A stretch of DNA of 62,637 bases, the filler included, from Nitrospirota bacterium (lineage in GTDB: Bacteria; UBA2233), in the NCBI GenBank assembly GCA_011620345.1. It is 12 parts of 12 records of this genome, joined end to end, with 100 filler letters (N's around TTAATTAATTAA, not from the genome) between each part and the next. Parts side by side here need not be neighbours in the genome. Positions count along the whole stretch, not along the records: positions 20,983 to 24,415 come from WOZJ01000027.1; positions 24,516 to 26,559 come from WOZJ01000015.1; positions 26,660 to 29,918 come from WOZJ01000020.1; positions 30,019 to 33,238 come from WOZJ01000054.1; 8 more parts are not named here. One strand, 5' to 3'. The notes under the pieces were generated by a model. That model made no database searches. It was not told the origin of the DNA and saw only the letters and a program-made list of their open reading frames with translations. The translations under genes and the position numbers were made by a program. This document shows positions 20,983 through 31,178 of the stretch, piece after piece (the stretch's first letter is position 1; every line of letters starts with the position of its first letter).

Positions 20983-21790
20983 GTGTTTTGAACTTGTCCC
21001 GCTCCCTTAAGTATGGCTGCGACAAAAGCGCTCGCAGCCCCAAAGGCGCCCGAAGGCCCGGCCAGAAGATGTTTCTTCCTCTAAGAAGCCTAATCGGTGG
21101 AATCGGTTTTCCTGCCCGCTCGAAGATCAAGCGAAGCTCCATGGCGTCTCTTGGGCCAAAGTGGTAGGGCTCGTCCGGCAAAAGGACAAGCCCAGGATCC
21201 AAAGAAACGAGCTCTTCCATGGTCAGCCTGGGGTAGCGCCCCTTAAGGCAGTTTTGTAGCCTGGCGGCTTCCATGAGGCTTCCTGCGTAGGTGCTCGAAC
21301 CGACGGCCATGAAGGGCTCCTTCCAGACAAGGCACAGCGTGCGGACGGGCCTTGCCTGCTGGGCTTGCCTTAGAAGCCTCTCGTAGGCTCGAAGCGCATT
21401 CGAGGCGAGCCCTCTTGGGTCGGTAAGTCCAAGGAGATTTTTGATCTCTTCGAGCTCGAAAAAGGCCTCATGCGGGTTTTCTGCCCGGCTTACCCAGGCT
21501 AGTAGGCCCGCTTTTGCGAGCCCTTCTAGGTCTTCTTTGCGATTCTCTTCTTTGCTGGCCAGGATCAAATCGGGCTTCAAGCGCAGGATCGTCGAAAGGT
21601 CTGGGTTTTTTGTCCCGCCCACGCTTTGGACGTGCCTTAAGGTAAAGGCCGGGTGGGTGCAAAAGCGAGTCCTTCCTACAAGCATGACCCGCCCCCCAAG
21701 GATCACCAGGGCCTCTGTCAGCGAAGGAACGAGAGAAACGACCCTGAAGCCCTGGTTTTTCGCATCTGCACAGACTTTGGCTCGGGGCAT
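20983..21790 (-). CDS. BtuF-like helical-backbone metal/cobalamin-binding protein (3' end at contig edge)
   Basis: RVVSLVPSLTE, VGRTRFCTHP, VGGTKNPD, KEEN, LPDEPY.F. Confidence 0.85.
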
Positions 21791-21805
21791 GCAAGGGGGT
21801 CCGGG

Positions 21806-22612
21806 TCACTTTCCCTGGAAGACGGGCTCGCGCTTTTGAAAAAACGCTTCCATGGCTTCCATCAAGTCTTCCGAGGGCAGGGCGGCGGCATTTTTCTGGG
21901 CGACGTAGGAAAGGCTCGCCCGGGGGCCGAAATCGCGCGTAAAGCGCAACGTATCCTTTATGCCCTGCACGGCAAGCGGAGGGAGCGCGGCGATCTCTTG
22001 AGCAAGCCTGAAACCCTCTTTTTGGAGCCCTTCTTTGTCTTTGCAGAGCGTGGTGATGAACCCCATTTGGAGCGCCTCCTTGGCGTCAAAATCCCGTCCT
22101 GTAAGCGCGAGCTCAGCGGCCCTTCCGAACCCGATCAGAAAGGGCAAGCGCTGGAGCGTGCCCAAATCGGCCACCATGGCAAGCTTGACCTCCCTTACGG
22201 AAAACACCGCGTCTTCGGAGGCGATCCGGATGTCGCAAGCGCAGCAAAGGTCCACGCCGCCCCCGATGCAGGGACCGTGCACCAGCGCAATCACAGGCTT
22301 GCGGCAGGATTCGACGCCATCCATACTCCCTTGCAGGCCGTGGATCCTCTTCCTAAGCCTTTCTCTGGAATCCGCCGTTGGGGGCTCGAACCACGCCCCG
22401 GCCTCGGCAAGGTCGAGCCCGGCTGAAAAGACCTTGCCCTCTGCCTGGATCACGACGACCCGGACTTCGGGGTCTTCGTCCAACTGCTGGAACAGCCTTG
22501 GCAGGGCTTCAAAAAGGGCGGGCGTGAGGGTATTTAGTTTTTCTGGCCTGTTTAAAACAACCCGGTAGACGTGGCCTTCTTTTTCAAGCCTCAGAGGTTC
22601 GTTTTCAGCCAT
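21806..22612 (-). CDS. Crotonase/enoyl-CoA hydratase (dienoyl-CoA isomerase-like)
   Basis: FSAGLDL, KPVIALVHGPCIGGG, REVK...ADLGTLQRL. Confidence 0.9.
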   Translation of the reverse strand: MAENEPLRLEKEGHVYRVVLNRPEKLNTLTPALFEALPRLFQQLDEDPEVRVVVIQAEGKVFSAGLDLAEAGAWFEPPTADSRERLRKRIHGLQGSMDGVESCRKPVIALVHGPCIGGGVDLCCACDIRIASEDAVFSVREVKLAMVADLGTLQRLPFLIGFGRAAELALTGRDFDAKEALQMGFITTLCKDKEGLQKEGFRLAQEIAALPPLAVQGIKDTLRFTRDFGPRASLSYVAQKNAAALPSEDLMEAMEAFFQKREPVFQGK

Positions 22613-22716
22613 GGCAAACCCTCCTTCGGGGGTGTTGGTGCTTATGGAACGTTTTGGCCTTCTTCTTCGCTAACCTTCTTTTGCGCGCGGGTTCGTCGCC
22701 AAGCTTACCAAACATA

Positions 22717-22740
22717 GAGGACAAGAATGTCCCTCCTGTC
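22717..22740 (-). repeat. Degenerate REP-like element with GGAC-ATTCTT-GTCC core
   Basis: Shares the GGACAAGAATGTCC core with 34643-34669; lies just past the amidohydrolase stop. Confidence 0.55.
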
Positions 22741-22745
22741 TACTT

Positions 22746-24302
22746 CTAGCGTTTGATACCAACCCCAAAGGCTCCTATCGTGCGCTTTTTTGCGGAAGGT
22801 GCCATGTAGAATGGCTCCATCAAAGGCCGAAAGCGCTCCATCGGCTCTCTGTAGAGATCGAGCGATGGCTTGGTGTTTTCGGGCAGGAGGCTCTTGTAAG
22901 CGAAGTCGCGCCTTAGGGTCTCGAACTCCGAGCGGATCTGGCCTAAGCGTTCCGGCTCCGTCAGTACATCTAGCCCCGTGAATACGAGCACCTTGGTGGC
23001 CTCGAGCATGGCCTTATGGGCGAAGCTCGTCGTCCCGAGCGCCACGACGGGCCAGGTGTGCGGGGGGATGCCCTTGGGCCAGGCCGGGATCGCAACCGTA
23101 GCGACGGGCGCAACGAGGCTGACATCGCCCACGTCGCTCGATGCCCCGCCCGTGAACACTTGGGGGGCCAGGAGAAGCTCGGGACTGTCCGGAAGGCCCA
23201 ATTCTTTCACGCCCCAGGCTTTCTGGAGCTCTTTGGCAAAGCCCTGCTCGGAATCGCTCCAGGCCGGTGCGCCTAAAAGCTGCATGTTTTCAAACATGAG
23301 CCTGCCCAGTGCCTCGTTCGGGTGGATCTGATGCAACGCCTGCACGAGCTCCACTTCATAGGTGCAGCCGGCTGCGAGCGCTCCTGCCTGGATGCAGTTG
23401 AGCACTTTTTGGTAGGTCTTCTCGACCCGCTCGTCTGCGTCGCGAACGTAGAATTCGAGCGTTGCCCTATCCGGCACGACGTTTGGGGCCTGGCCTCCTT
23501 CGGTGATCACGTAGTGGATCCTGTGGCTGAGCTCCAAATGCTCTCTTAGGAGCTCCATCCCGTAAGTCGCGACCATCAAGGCATCGAGCGCGCTCACGCC
23601 TGCCCAGGGCTCGCTGCCCGCATGCGCGCTCTTGCCGAAAAAGCGCGCCCTGGCGTAGAAGAGCGCGTTGGTCGTAACGCCGAGCTGAATGGCGAACTTG
23701 TTGTCGGGGTGGTTGTCCAGGTAGACATCCAACCCGTCCATGAGGCCTTCTTTAACCATGAACGCCTTAGCTGCCCCTGATTCCTCGGCCGGGCAGCCAA
23801 AGAGCTTGATTGTCCCCTTAAGGCGCTTTTCCTCGATCAACTCCTTCAAGACGACGGCCGTGAGCACTCCTGCCGTTCCCAGCAGCTGATGGCTGTCGCC
23901 ATGGCCCGGCGCGCCCTCGATGAGCGGCTCTTTTTGCGCCAGGCCCGCCTTTTGTGAAAGCCCGGGAAGTGCATCGAACTCGCAAGATACCCCGATCACT
24001 GGCCTTCCTTTTCCAAAGCTCGCCACAAACGCCGTAGGAATTTTGGAAACGCCGCGTTCCACGAGAAAGCCGTTTCGTTCGAGCGTATCGGCCAAGAGCT
24101 TGGATGAGCGGGTCTCTTGAAACCCAAGTTCGGCATAGCTCCAGATGGCATCGGCGATACGACCGAACTCCGAGGCCTTGGCATCGAGCCTTGAGGCGGC
24201 TTCTTGCTTAAGAGGAGGGAGGTCTAAGGCCGCGCTTGTCTCCCAAAAAAGGCCGGTCGTTGCCAGTACCAAGGCGATGCAACGGGTGAGGTATTTTCTC
24301 AA
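22746..24302 (-). CDS. M20D amidohydrolase (AbgB-like) with predicted signal peptide
   Basis: ELGFQE, EFDALPGLSQ, PAEE, SALDA, GGQAPNVVP, SSDVGDVS. TTG start preceded by an AAGGGAG SD. Confidence 0.85.
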   Translation of the reverse strand: MRKYLTRCIALVLATTGLFWETSAALDLPPLKQEAASRLDAKASEFGRIADAIWSYAELGFQETRSSKLLADTLERNGFLVERGVSKIPTAFVASFGKGRPVIGVSCEFDALPGLSQKAGLAQKEPLIEGAPGHGDSHQLLGTAGVLTAVVLKELIEEKRLKGTIKLFGCPAEESGAAKAFMVKEGLMDGLDVYLDNHPDNKFAIQLGVTTNALFYARARFFGKSAHAGSEPWAGVSALDALMVATYGMELLREHLELSHRIHYVITEGGQAPNVVPDRATLEFYVRDADERVEKTYQKVLNCIQAGALAAGCTYEVELVQALHQIHPNEALGRLMFENMQLLGAPAWSDSEQGFAKELQKAWGVKELGLPDSPELLLAPQVFTGGASSDVGDVSLVAPVATVAIPAWPKGIPPHTWPVVALGTTSFAHKAMLEATKVLVFTGLDVLTEPERLGQIRSEFETLRRDFAYKSLLPENTKPSLDLYREPMERFRPLMEPFYMAPSAKKRTIGAFGVGIKR

Positions 24303-24516
24303 TGTCCGCTCCCTTAGCAAGATGCATGCTTTTGTGCAATTTACTACGGCTCTCGTTTGCCACGCAACCTCTAACCTAATTGTAAGCCCCAATCGTTCGC
24401 CTTATGGATCCAGCCNNNNNNNNNNNNNNNNNNNNNNNNNNNNNNNNNNNNNNNNNNNNTTAATTAATTAANNNNNNNNNNNNNNNNNNNNNNNNNNNNN
24501 NNNNNNNNNNNNNNNT

Positions 24517-24675
24517 TTCAAGTACGCCTCGTTCTTGGCCGAGCGCCTCAAGCATGCCAAGCTTACCCGCATTGAAGGCGCGGGCCACCTCTCTCCCGTC
24601 GAGAAGCCGGAAGTCCTGAACGCCGCAATAAGAGAATTTATATATACGGCCTGTTTGGAATCGAGGGTTTCTTGA
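24517..24675 (+). CDS. Alpha/beta hydrolase, C-terminal fragment (not in ORF track)
   Basis: Translates as FKYASFLAERLKHAKLTRIEGAGHLSPVEKPEVLNAAIREF, containing the catalytic His motif. Confidence 0.75.
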   Translation, partial: FKYASFLAERLKHAKLTRIEGAGHLSPVEKPEVLNAAIREFIYTACLESRVS

Positions 24676-24804
24676 AGCGCGCGCCGTTGCTTTGGTGTCC
24701 GCCTTTTTTGAAACTTGCGTTCGCTAGATTGCTCGATGGAGCGTTTCGTCTCACAACGTGAAGGAAAGGTTCGCGGGGCAAACCAAACCAAGGGAGGGTA
24801 ACCC

Positions 24805-25572
24805 ATGCCCGGGTACGTGATCGCCAACTGGAAGATGTACAAGACCAAAAAAGAGGTGCTGGAGTTTGCCGATGGCCTTAAGGCCGGACTCTCTCAAGAT
24901 GGAATCGTTGTGGGCGTGAGCCCGGCATTCCCCTACTTGGAGACGCTCTCGAGCGCTTTTCGCGGCGTGGACAGGGTCTGTGTGTTTGCCCAGAACGTCG
25001 CGTTTGCCGAGGCTGGCGCCTTCACGGGCGAGGTGAGCGCGTCGATGATCGAGGATGCCGGGGCCAAGGGCGTGATTATCGGACATTCCGAGAGACGGCA
25101 CGTATTCAAGGAAGACCCGTCTTGGATGGTCAAGAAAATCCAGCTTGCGCTTTACCGAGAGCTTATCGTTGTATACTGCGTGGGCGAGACGCTTGAAGAA
25201 AGAGACCGCGGGGTTGGAGCGGATGTCGTAAGCCGTCAGCTTGCAGAGGGCTTAGGGGGGCTAGAAGAAGGGAGCAAGACATCTATCCGGTCCAAAGAAA
25301 GCCTCGTGATCGCCTACGAGCCCGTCTGGGCGATCGGCACGGGGCGCAACATGGAGCCGATCGAGGCCAAAGAGGCATCCAGCTTGATCAAGCAAAAGGT
25401 ATCCGAGCTCATTGAGGGGTACGTGCCCCCCGTCCTGTACGGAGGCAGCGTAAACCCTACGAATATCCAGGGGTTTGCCAGCCATTTAGAGATAGACGGG
25501 GTGCTCGTCGGAGGGGCGAGCTTGGACTTAGAAAAGTTTCTTCCGTTGATCAAGGCCTTTGAGCGGGCCTAA
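24805..25572 (+). CDS. tpiA: Triosephosphate isomerase
   Basis: NWKM, IGHSERR, AYEPVWAIGTG, YGGSV, LVGGASL. Confidence 0.96.
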   Translation: MPGYVIANWKMYKTKKEVLEFADGLKAGLSQDGIVVGVSPAFPYLETLSSAFRGVDRVCVFAQNVAFAEAGAFTGEVSASMIEDAGAKGVIIGHSERRHVFKEDPSWMVKKIQLALYRELIVVYCVGETLEERDRGVGADVVSRQLAEGLGGLEEGSKTSIRSKESLVIAYEPVWAIGTGRNMEPIEAKEASSLIKQKVSELIEGYVPPVLYGGSVNPTNIQGFASHLEIDGVLVGGASLDLEKFLPLIKAFERA

Positions 25573-25590
25573 CACAAGAAGGGGGTTCGG

Positions 25591-25983
25591 ATGAAACGGA
25601 CGCTGGGCCTTGCGCTTGTCACGATTGTCGCGTGCCTTGCCCTAAGCCCTATGAGCGGCGAAGGGGCTCGGTTTATCGTTTATAAAACCTACATCACGAT
25701 CGATTCGCTCGCAAAGGACGGTACGCGGGCGGCCGGAGAGATGGCGAACCTCGACGTGCGCGTCGTCTCGTTCGAGAACTACGAGCTCTCTGCGAGGGCC
25801 ATGGACGCCGCGGGCATGGAGTGGACCTTGCGGCTGAGGGCGCCCAGGCTTACGACTTCCCAGGCCGACCTGCTGAAAAATACGGACCAGGCCCACGTGA
25901 CGTTCCTTGTCTCGAACATTCTGCCTATGCAGCATTTGATCGAGGGGACGCTCTACAACGTCACAGCGGCCCATCATGCCTAG
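25591..25983 (+). CDS. Hypothetical secreted protein
   Basis: Signal-peptide-like MKRTLGLALVTIVACLAL; purine-rich SD upstream; no family recognised. Confidence 0.65.
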   Translation: MKRTLGLALVTIVACLALSPMSGEGARFIVYKTYITIDSLAKDGTRAAGEMANLDVRVVSFENYELSARAMDAAGMEWTLRLRAPRLTTSQADLLKNTDQAHVTFLVSNILPMQHLIEGTLYNVTAAHHA

Positions 25984-26185
25984 GAGAAGGTGGTTAATGG
26001 CTTGTTGCCACCCGGCTTACCATCCCTACTTGCCGAGTTGCAATGCATGACGAGCGCTTAGGGCAATCGAATCTTGCGTTTTGTGCAAAATTCGGCTGGC
26101 CGTTCCGCGTAAGTAGGACAAGGCGATGCTACGTGGCAAGCAAGGCGGCGACACTATAGGCATACAACCAAACCAAGGAGAAACA

Positions 26186-26559
26186 ATGAGCCCCGAGAGC
26201 CATGGGCGCTTTTTCGAAGATTTTGAAGCCGGCGAGGTGATACAGCACACATTGGGAAGGACCGTTACGCAAACAGACAATATCTGGTTCACGCTTTTGA
26301 CGAACAACCCAAACCCGATTCATTTCGACTCGGAATACGCCAAGAAAACCGAGTTCAAGCAGCCCCTCGTCAACTCTTGCTTTACGCTCGCGCTTATCAT
26401 GGGCTTAAGCGTCGAGGACATCTCGCGCAACGCGGTCAACTTAGGTTGGGAAGGAGTCGAGCTCCCAGCCCCCGTGTTTGAGGGCGAGACGCTCTATGCC
26501 CAAACGGAGGTGCTCGAAAAGCGCGAGTCCAAATCCAGGCCGCACATGGGAATCATCCG
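26186..26559 (+). CDS. MaoC-family dehydratase (3' truncated by contig edge)
   Basis: GRFFEDF, RTVTQTDN, NPIHFD..YA, PVFEGETL. AGGAG SD. Confidence 0.88.
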
Positions 26560-26659
26560 NNNNNNNNNNNNNNNNNNNNNNNNNNNNNNNNNNNNNNNNN
26601 NNNTTAATTAATTAANNNNNNNNNNNNNNNNNNNNNNNNNNNNNNNNNNNNNNNNNNNN

Positions 26660-27530
26660 TATCACGCTGATCGATACGGGCCCAAGGACCCCTCAAGCCT
26701 ACCGAGCCCTTCTTGAGGGCCTAAAGGAGATAAGGCTTAGGCCTAGTGACATCCAAAGACTTGTCATCACGCATCCGCACGTCGACCATTTCGGCCTTGC
26801 CGGAGGCTTGAAACGGCATTTCCCTAAGATGGAAGTAGCTTATCATAAGAATGTCCAGCCTCTGCTTGCATCGTTCGGAGAGATGAGACGTTCTGAAACC
26901 GAGAGGGTAGAATACCTCTTTGCGGCTTCGGGGATGCCACCCAATTTAATGGCTTCCCTATTAAAAAAAAGAACCCTGTTGGAACAATACGCCGAAGAAA
27001 TTCGGGCCGATCGAATGCTTGAGGAGGGCAAACCTATTGCTTTCGATGCCTTCGAGCTGGAGGTCGTCCCGACGCCTGGTCATACACCTTGGTGTTTGTC
27101 GTTTTACTGGAAAGACGAAAGGGTCTTGTTTTCCGGAGATTTCATCCTCGAGGCCATCACACCGAACCCTTTGTTTTACGGTGAAGACCAAAAGCCCCTG
27201 ATAGCCTACCGAAGCTCACTCGAGCGGACATCCAAGCTGGAGCTTCGCTGGATCCTTGGCGGCCATGGAGCCCCGATCGACAAGCCGTCTTTCCGGATCA
27301 AAAGACTCCTTGAGCTCAACGAACGCCGCTCCGAGCGGGTAAAAAGGGCCCTTACGGATAAGCCGAAGATGCTCTTCGAGCTTGCGACGGAGCTGTTCCC
27401 GGGCGTCGTGCTCAAACAACCCTTTTTGGTGCTCTCCGAGGTCTATGCCCACCTGCAGGGACTTCTCGAACGGAACGAGGCCATTCAGGCCAGACAAAAC
27501 GGCTCTTTGGTTTTCCACGCAATAAGCTAA
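26660..27530 (+). CDS. MBL-fold metallo-hydrolase (5' truncated)
   Basis: Frame is open from the contig start: LIDTG, THPHVDH, TPGHT, FSGD, GHG. Confidence 0.88.
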
Positions 27531-27551
27531 AACCACAAAAGGAGGAATGCA

Positions 27552-28781
27552 GTGGATTTTGCGCTCACGCCCGAGCAACGAGAGATGAAGCAGGCGTTCG
27601 ATGCCTTTTTTGAGCAAGAGATGAAAGACGCGCCCAAGGGCTGGACGGGGACGCTCGAGGAGGTCTACTCGAGCGAGGAAGGCTGGGCTTTTCATAGGCA
27701 CATGGCCAAAAAGCTCGCCCAAAAAGGCTGGCTTGCCCGTGCTTGGCCAAAGGAGTACGGCGGCGAGTCAGCCCCGATCCTTGAGCAACTCTTGTTCAGC
27801 GAGTCGGCCGGGTACCACTTGGCCCCGGGGATAGACATCTTCGGAATCGGTATGATCGGCCCCACGCTCCTCGTTTACGGCAACGAAGACCAAAAGCGTG
27901 AGCACCTCTCCCCCATCGCCAGGGGCGAGCAGATGTGGTGCCAGCTCTGGAGCGAGCCCAACGCGGGCTCGGATTTGGCCGCCCTAAAAACCACAGCGCG
28001 GCGCGACGGGAATGTCTACATCTTGAACGGCCAAAAGATCTGGACATCCGGAGCCCACCGGGCCGACTGGGGGTTTGGAGTCTTCCGTACGGACCCCACA
28101 CAGAAAGGCTCCAAGGGAATCTCGTTTTTACTCCTAGACATGAAAACCCCGGGCATCACGGTGAACCCCCTGCTTGGAATGAACAGGGCTCATTTGTTCA
28201 ACGAGGTCTTTTTTGACGATGTCAGGGTTCCCGTCGAAAACCGCTTGGGCGAGGAAAACCAAGGCTGGACCGTCACCCGGACCGTCATGAACTTCGAGCG
28301 CTCCAACATCGGCGGCATCGCCACGGCAAAGCGCATCTTGGACGAGCTTGTCGCCTTTTTGAAAACCTGCAAGCGGAACTCTAGACCGCTTACGGAAGAC
28401 CCGATCGTCAAGGACGAGCTTGCCAAGATGGCCGTCGAGATCGAAGTCGGCAGGGCGCTCTCCTACAAAGTGGCCTGGATCCAGGAAAAGGGCGACATCT
28501 TCCAGGCAGTCCCGTTGGCAAGCGCGGCCAAGGCGTTCGGGACGGAGACCATGCAGCGCGTCATTTACCGGGCGCTCGAAATCTTGGGACAGGCCGGCGT
28601 CACCAAGAAGGAATCCTCGCTCTCTGTCATGCTCGGCCGGTTCGAGACGTTCTTCCAGGTCATCCTGGGCATGAACATCGCGGGCGGCTCGAGCGAGGTC
28701 CAGCGCAACCTGATTGCATGGACGGCGTTAGGACTTCCTAGGAGCTGGGACGAAGTGTTTAAAAAACCCACGAAGAGCTAA
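27552..28781 (+). CDS. Acyl-CoA dehydrogenase (catalytic-type subunit)
   Basis: WCQLWSEPNAGSDLA, NGQKIWTS, FNEVFFDDV, FERS, IAGGSSEVQRN. Confidence 0.92.
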   Translation: MDFALTPEQREMKQAFDAFFEQEMKDAPKGWTGTLEEVYSSEEGWAFHRHMAKKLAQKGWLARAWPKEYGGESAPILEQLLFSESAGYHLAPGIDIFGIGMIGPTLLVYGNEDQKREHLSPIARGEQMWCQLWSEPNAGSDLAALKTTARRDGNVYILNGQKIWTSGAHRADWGFGVFRTDPTQKGSKGISFLLLDMKTPGITVNPLLGMNRAHLFNEVFFDDVRVPVENRLGEENQGWTVTRTVMNFERSNIGGIATAKRILDELVAFLKTCKRNSRPLTEDPIVKDELAKMAVEIEVGRALSYKVAWIQEKGDIFQAVPLASAAKAFGTETMQRVIYRALEILGQAGVTKKESSLSVMLGRFETFFQVILGMNIAGGSSEVQRNLIAWTALGLPRSWDEVFKKPTKS

Positions 28782-28803
28782 AGAGACAAAGGAGGACGAA
28801 GGC

Positions 28804-29918
28804 ATGAATTTGGACCTTACAGAAGACCAAGAGATGCTAAAGAACGCCGCGAGGAGCTTTCTGACGGACAAGATGCCGAAGACAAAAGTCCGGGAGATTG
28901 AAGAAAGCGCATGCGGGTTCGACAAGGAACTCTGGCGAGGGATGGCCGAGCTTGGCTGGTTCGGGATCATCCTGCCCGAGCGCTACGGCGGGTTTGAGGG
29001 CTCGCTTACCGACTTGGCCATTCTCTTGATCGAGGCAGGGCGGAACCTCCTGCCGCTTCCGTTGTTCCCGACGCTCGTCTTGGGTGAGCTGCCCATCTTA
29101 AAGTACGGCTCAGAGGCGCTCAAGGAACGCGTACTCAAGCCCGCGGCCGAGGGCAAGCTTGTCCTTGGCATGGCCTACCAAGAAGGCCCCTACACGCCCG
29201 CGGCCGAATCGGACATTCAGGCTCTAGCCCGCGAGGTCGACGGGGGGTTTGTGCTAACAGGGGAAAAGCTCTACGTCCTTTTTGGCCAGCAAGCGAACCT
29301 GCTTCTCGTACCCGCGAAGGTTGGCAAACAAACGAGCATGCTGGCCGTAGAGGCCAGCTCTGGCGGCGTTGTCATCGAGCCGATCCCCACCGCCAGCATC
29401 GAGAGGTTCTCAAGCGTCACCTTAAACGAGGCCTATGTCCCCAAGGAAAACCTGATTGGAGAAATCGGCCAAGGTTTCGAGATTTTACAAAATACCCTGA
29501 TGCATGCCGCCTTGCTCAAATCGGCCGAGCTCGTCGGGCACATGGAAGCGGCGCTCGAGATGACGAACGAGTACGCCAAAACAAGGGTCGTCTACGGAAG
29601 AGACCTTGCCGACTTCCAGGTGATCCAACACTACCTGGTGAACATGTGGCTCATGCTCGAAACTTCGCGCAACGTCCTGTTCATGGCCGTTTCCTCGCTT
29701 TCAAGTAACGAACGGTCGCCCCTCGAGCCCCATTGCGCGGCGGCCTGGATCAAGGAGGCGGCCAAGCTTGTGACCGAGCGCGCCATCCAGATCCACGGGG
29801 CGATCGGCATCACACGTGAACACGATGCCGGGCTTTATTATCGGCAGGCCTTCAGCCACGAGCCGCTCTTTGGAAGCGCACGCGACCACAGGGCAAAAAT
29901 CGCCGACATGCTCGTTTC
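28804..29918 (+). CDS. Acyl-CoA dehydrogenase (partner-type subunit), 3' end at contig edge
   Basis: ELGWFGIILPERYGG, YAKTR...FQVIQH, QIHGAIG. Lacks the SEP..GSD motif. Confidence 0.88.
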
Positions 29919-30018
29919 NNNNNNNNNNNNNNNNNNNNNNNNNNNNNNNNNNNNNNNNNNNNTTAATTAATTAANNNNNNNNNNNNNNNNNNNNNNNNNN
30001 NNNNNNNNNNNNNNNNNN

Positions 30019-31002
30019 GATCCCCGCACCCCAGGTCAACCCGGCGCCAAAGGCGACAAGCATGACCAAATCTCCCTCGGCAAACTTGCCCTCGTCCCTG
30101 GCCTCTTTGAGCGCGATCGGGATGGAGGCGGCCGTCGTGTTGCCGTAACGCTGGATGTTCTGGAAAAACTTTTCTTCGGGCAGGTCGAGCGAGGCGGCGA
30201 CGAACTGGTTGATTCGTAAGTTGGCCTGGTGGGGGATGAAGAGCTTGATGTCGCCTAAATCAAACCCGGCAGATTGCAGGGCTTCTCGGATGACCTCTGG
30301 CATGCGGGTAACGGCGACCTTAAATACCTCGCGGCCGACCATTTTGGGGAACTGCCTCCCCTCGTCAAGCGATTTATGGGTGATGTAGGGCTTTTTGGAG
30401 ATGTTAAAGATCTCGAGCATCAAGATGTCGGCATACTTGCCGTCGGCGTGCAGGTGCATCGTGAGCAGGCCGCGGTTTTGGTCGTCGGAAGCGCCGATGA
30501 TGGCCGCGCCGGCCCCGTCGCCGAACAAAACGGCGACGTCCCGGCCTTCGTTCGTAAAATTGAGCGCGCTCGAATGAACCTCGGCGCCCACGAGCAGGAT
30601 GCGCTTGTACATGCCCGCTTTGATAAAGGCGTCCGCTATCTGAAGCCCGTAGAGAAACCCCGTGCACTGCTGCCTTATGTCTAGGCATGGAATGCCGGGA
30701 ATCCCGAGTTTTTTTTGTAGGTAGCAGGCGGTCCCGGGGAAGTGGACATCGGGAGAAAGCGTGGCCAGAATGATGAAATCAATCTCGTCAAGGCTTACGT
30801 TGGCGTCATTGAGGGCGTCTTTTGTAGCTTCAAGGGCCAAATCCGAGCAAAAAACGCCCTCTTCGGCGAACCGGCGCTCACGGATGCCCGTGCGCTGGTT
30901 AATCCATTCGTCGGAGGTGTCGAACATCTTGGCCAAATCGTCGTTTGTCACCCGCCTTGGTGGAAGATAGGCCCCAAGGCCGAGGATTCGTGAACGTTGC
31001 AT
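30019..31002 (-). CDS. fabH: Beta-ketoacyl-ACP synthase III
   Basis: QCTGF, LFGDGAGA, PHQAN, GNTTAASIP, AFGAG. Confidence 0.92.
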
Positions 31003-31178
31003 GGCATGTCCCCCCAAGTTGTCGTTCGATCATAAGGTGTTCCCAAGCTAACCCCTTTTCAGCCCGCTGTCAAGGTCTTGTACAGGGCCAAAGCTTTACA
31101 TACAGGCAAATATTCTCTAACATAATTTCTATTCGTAGGTTTGTCCGAAGAATAACCCAACCCGAGGGAGCCTGAGGC

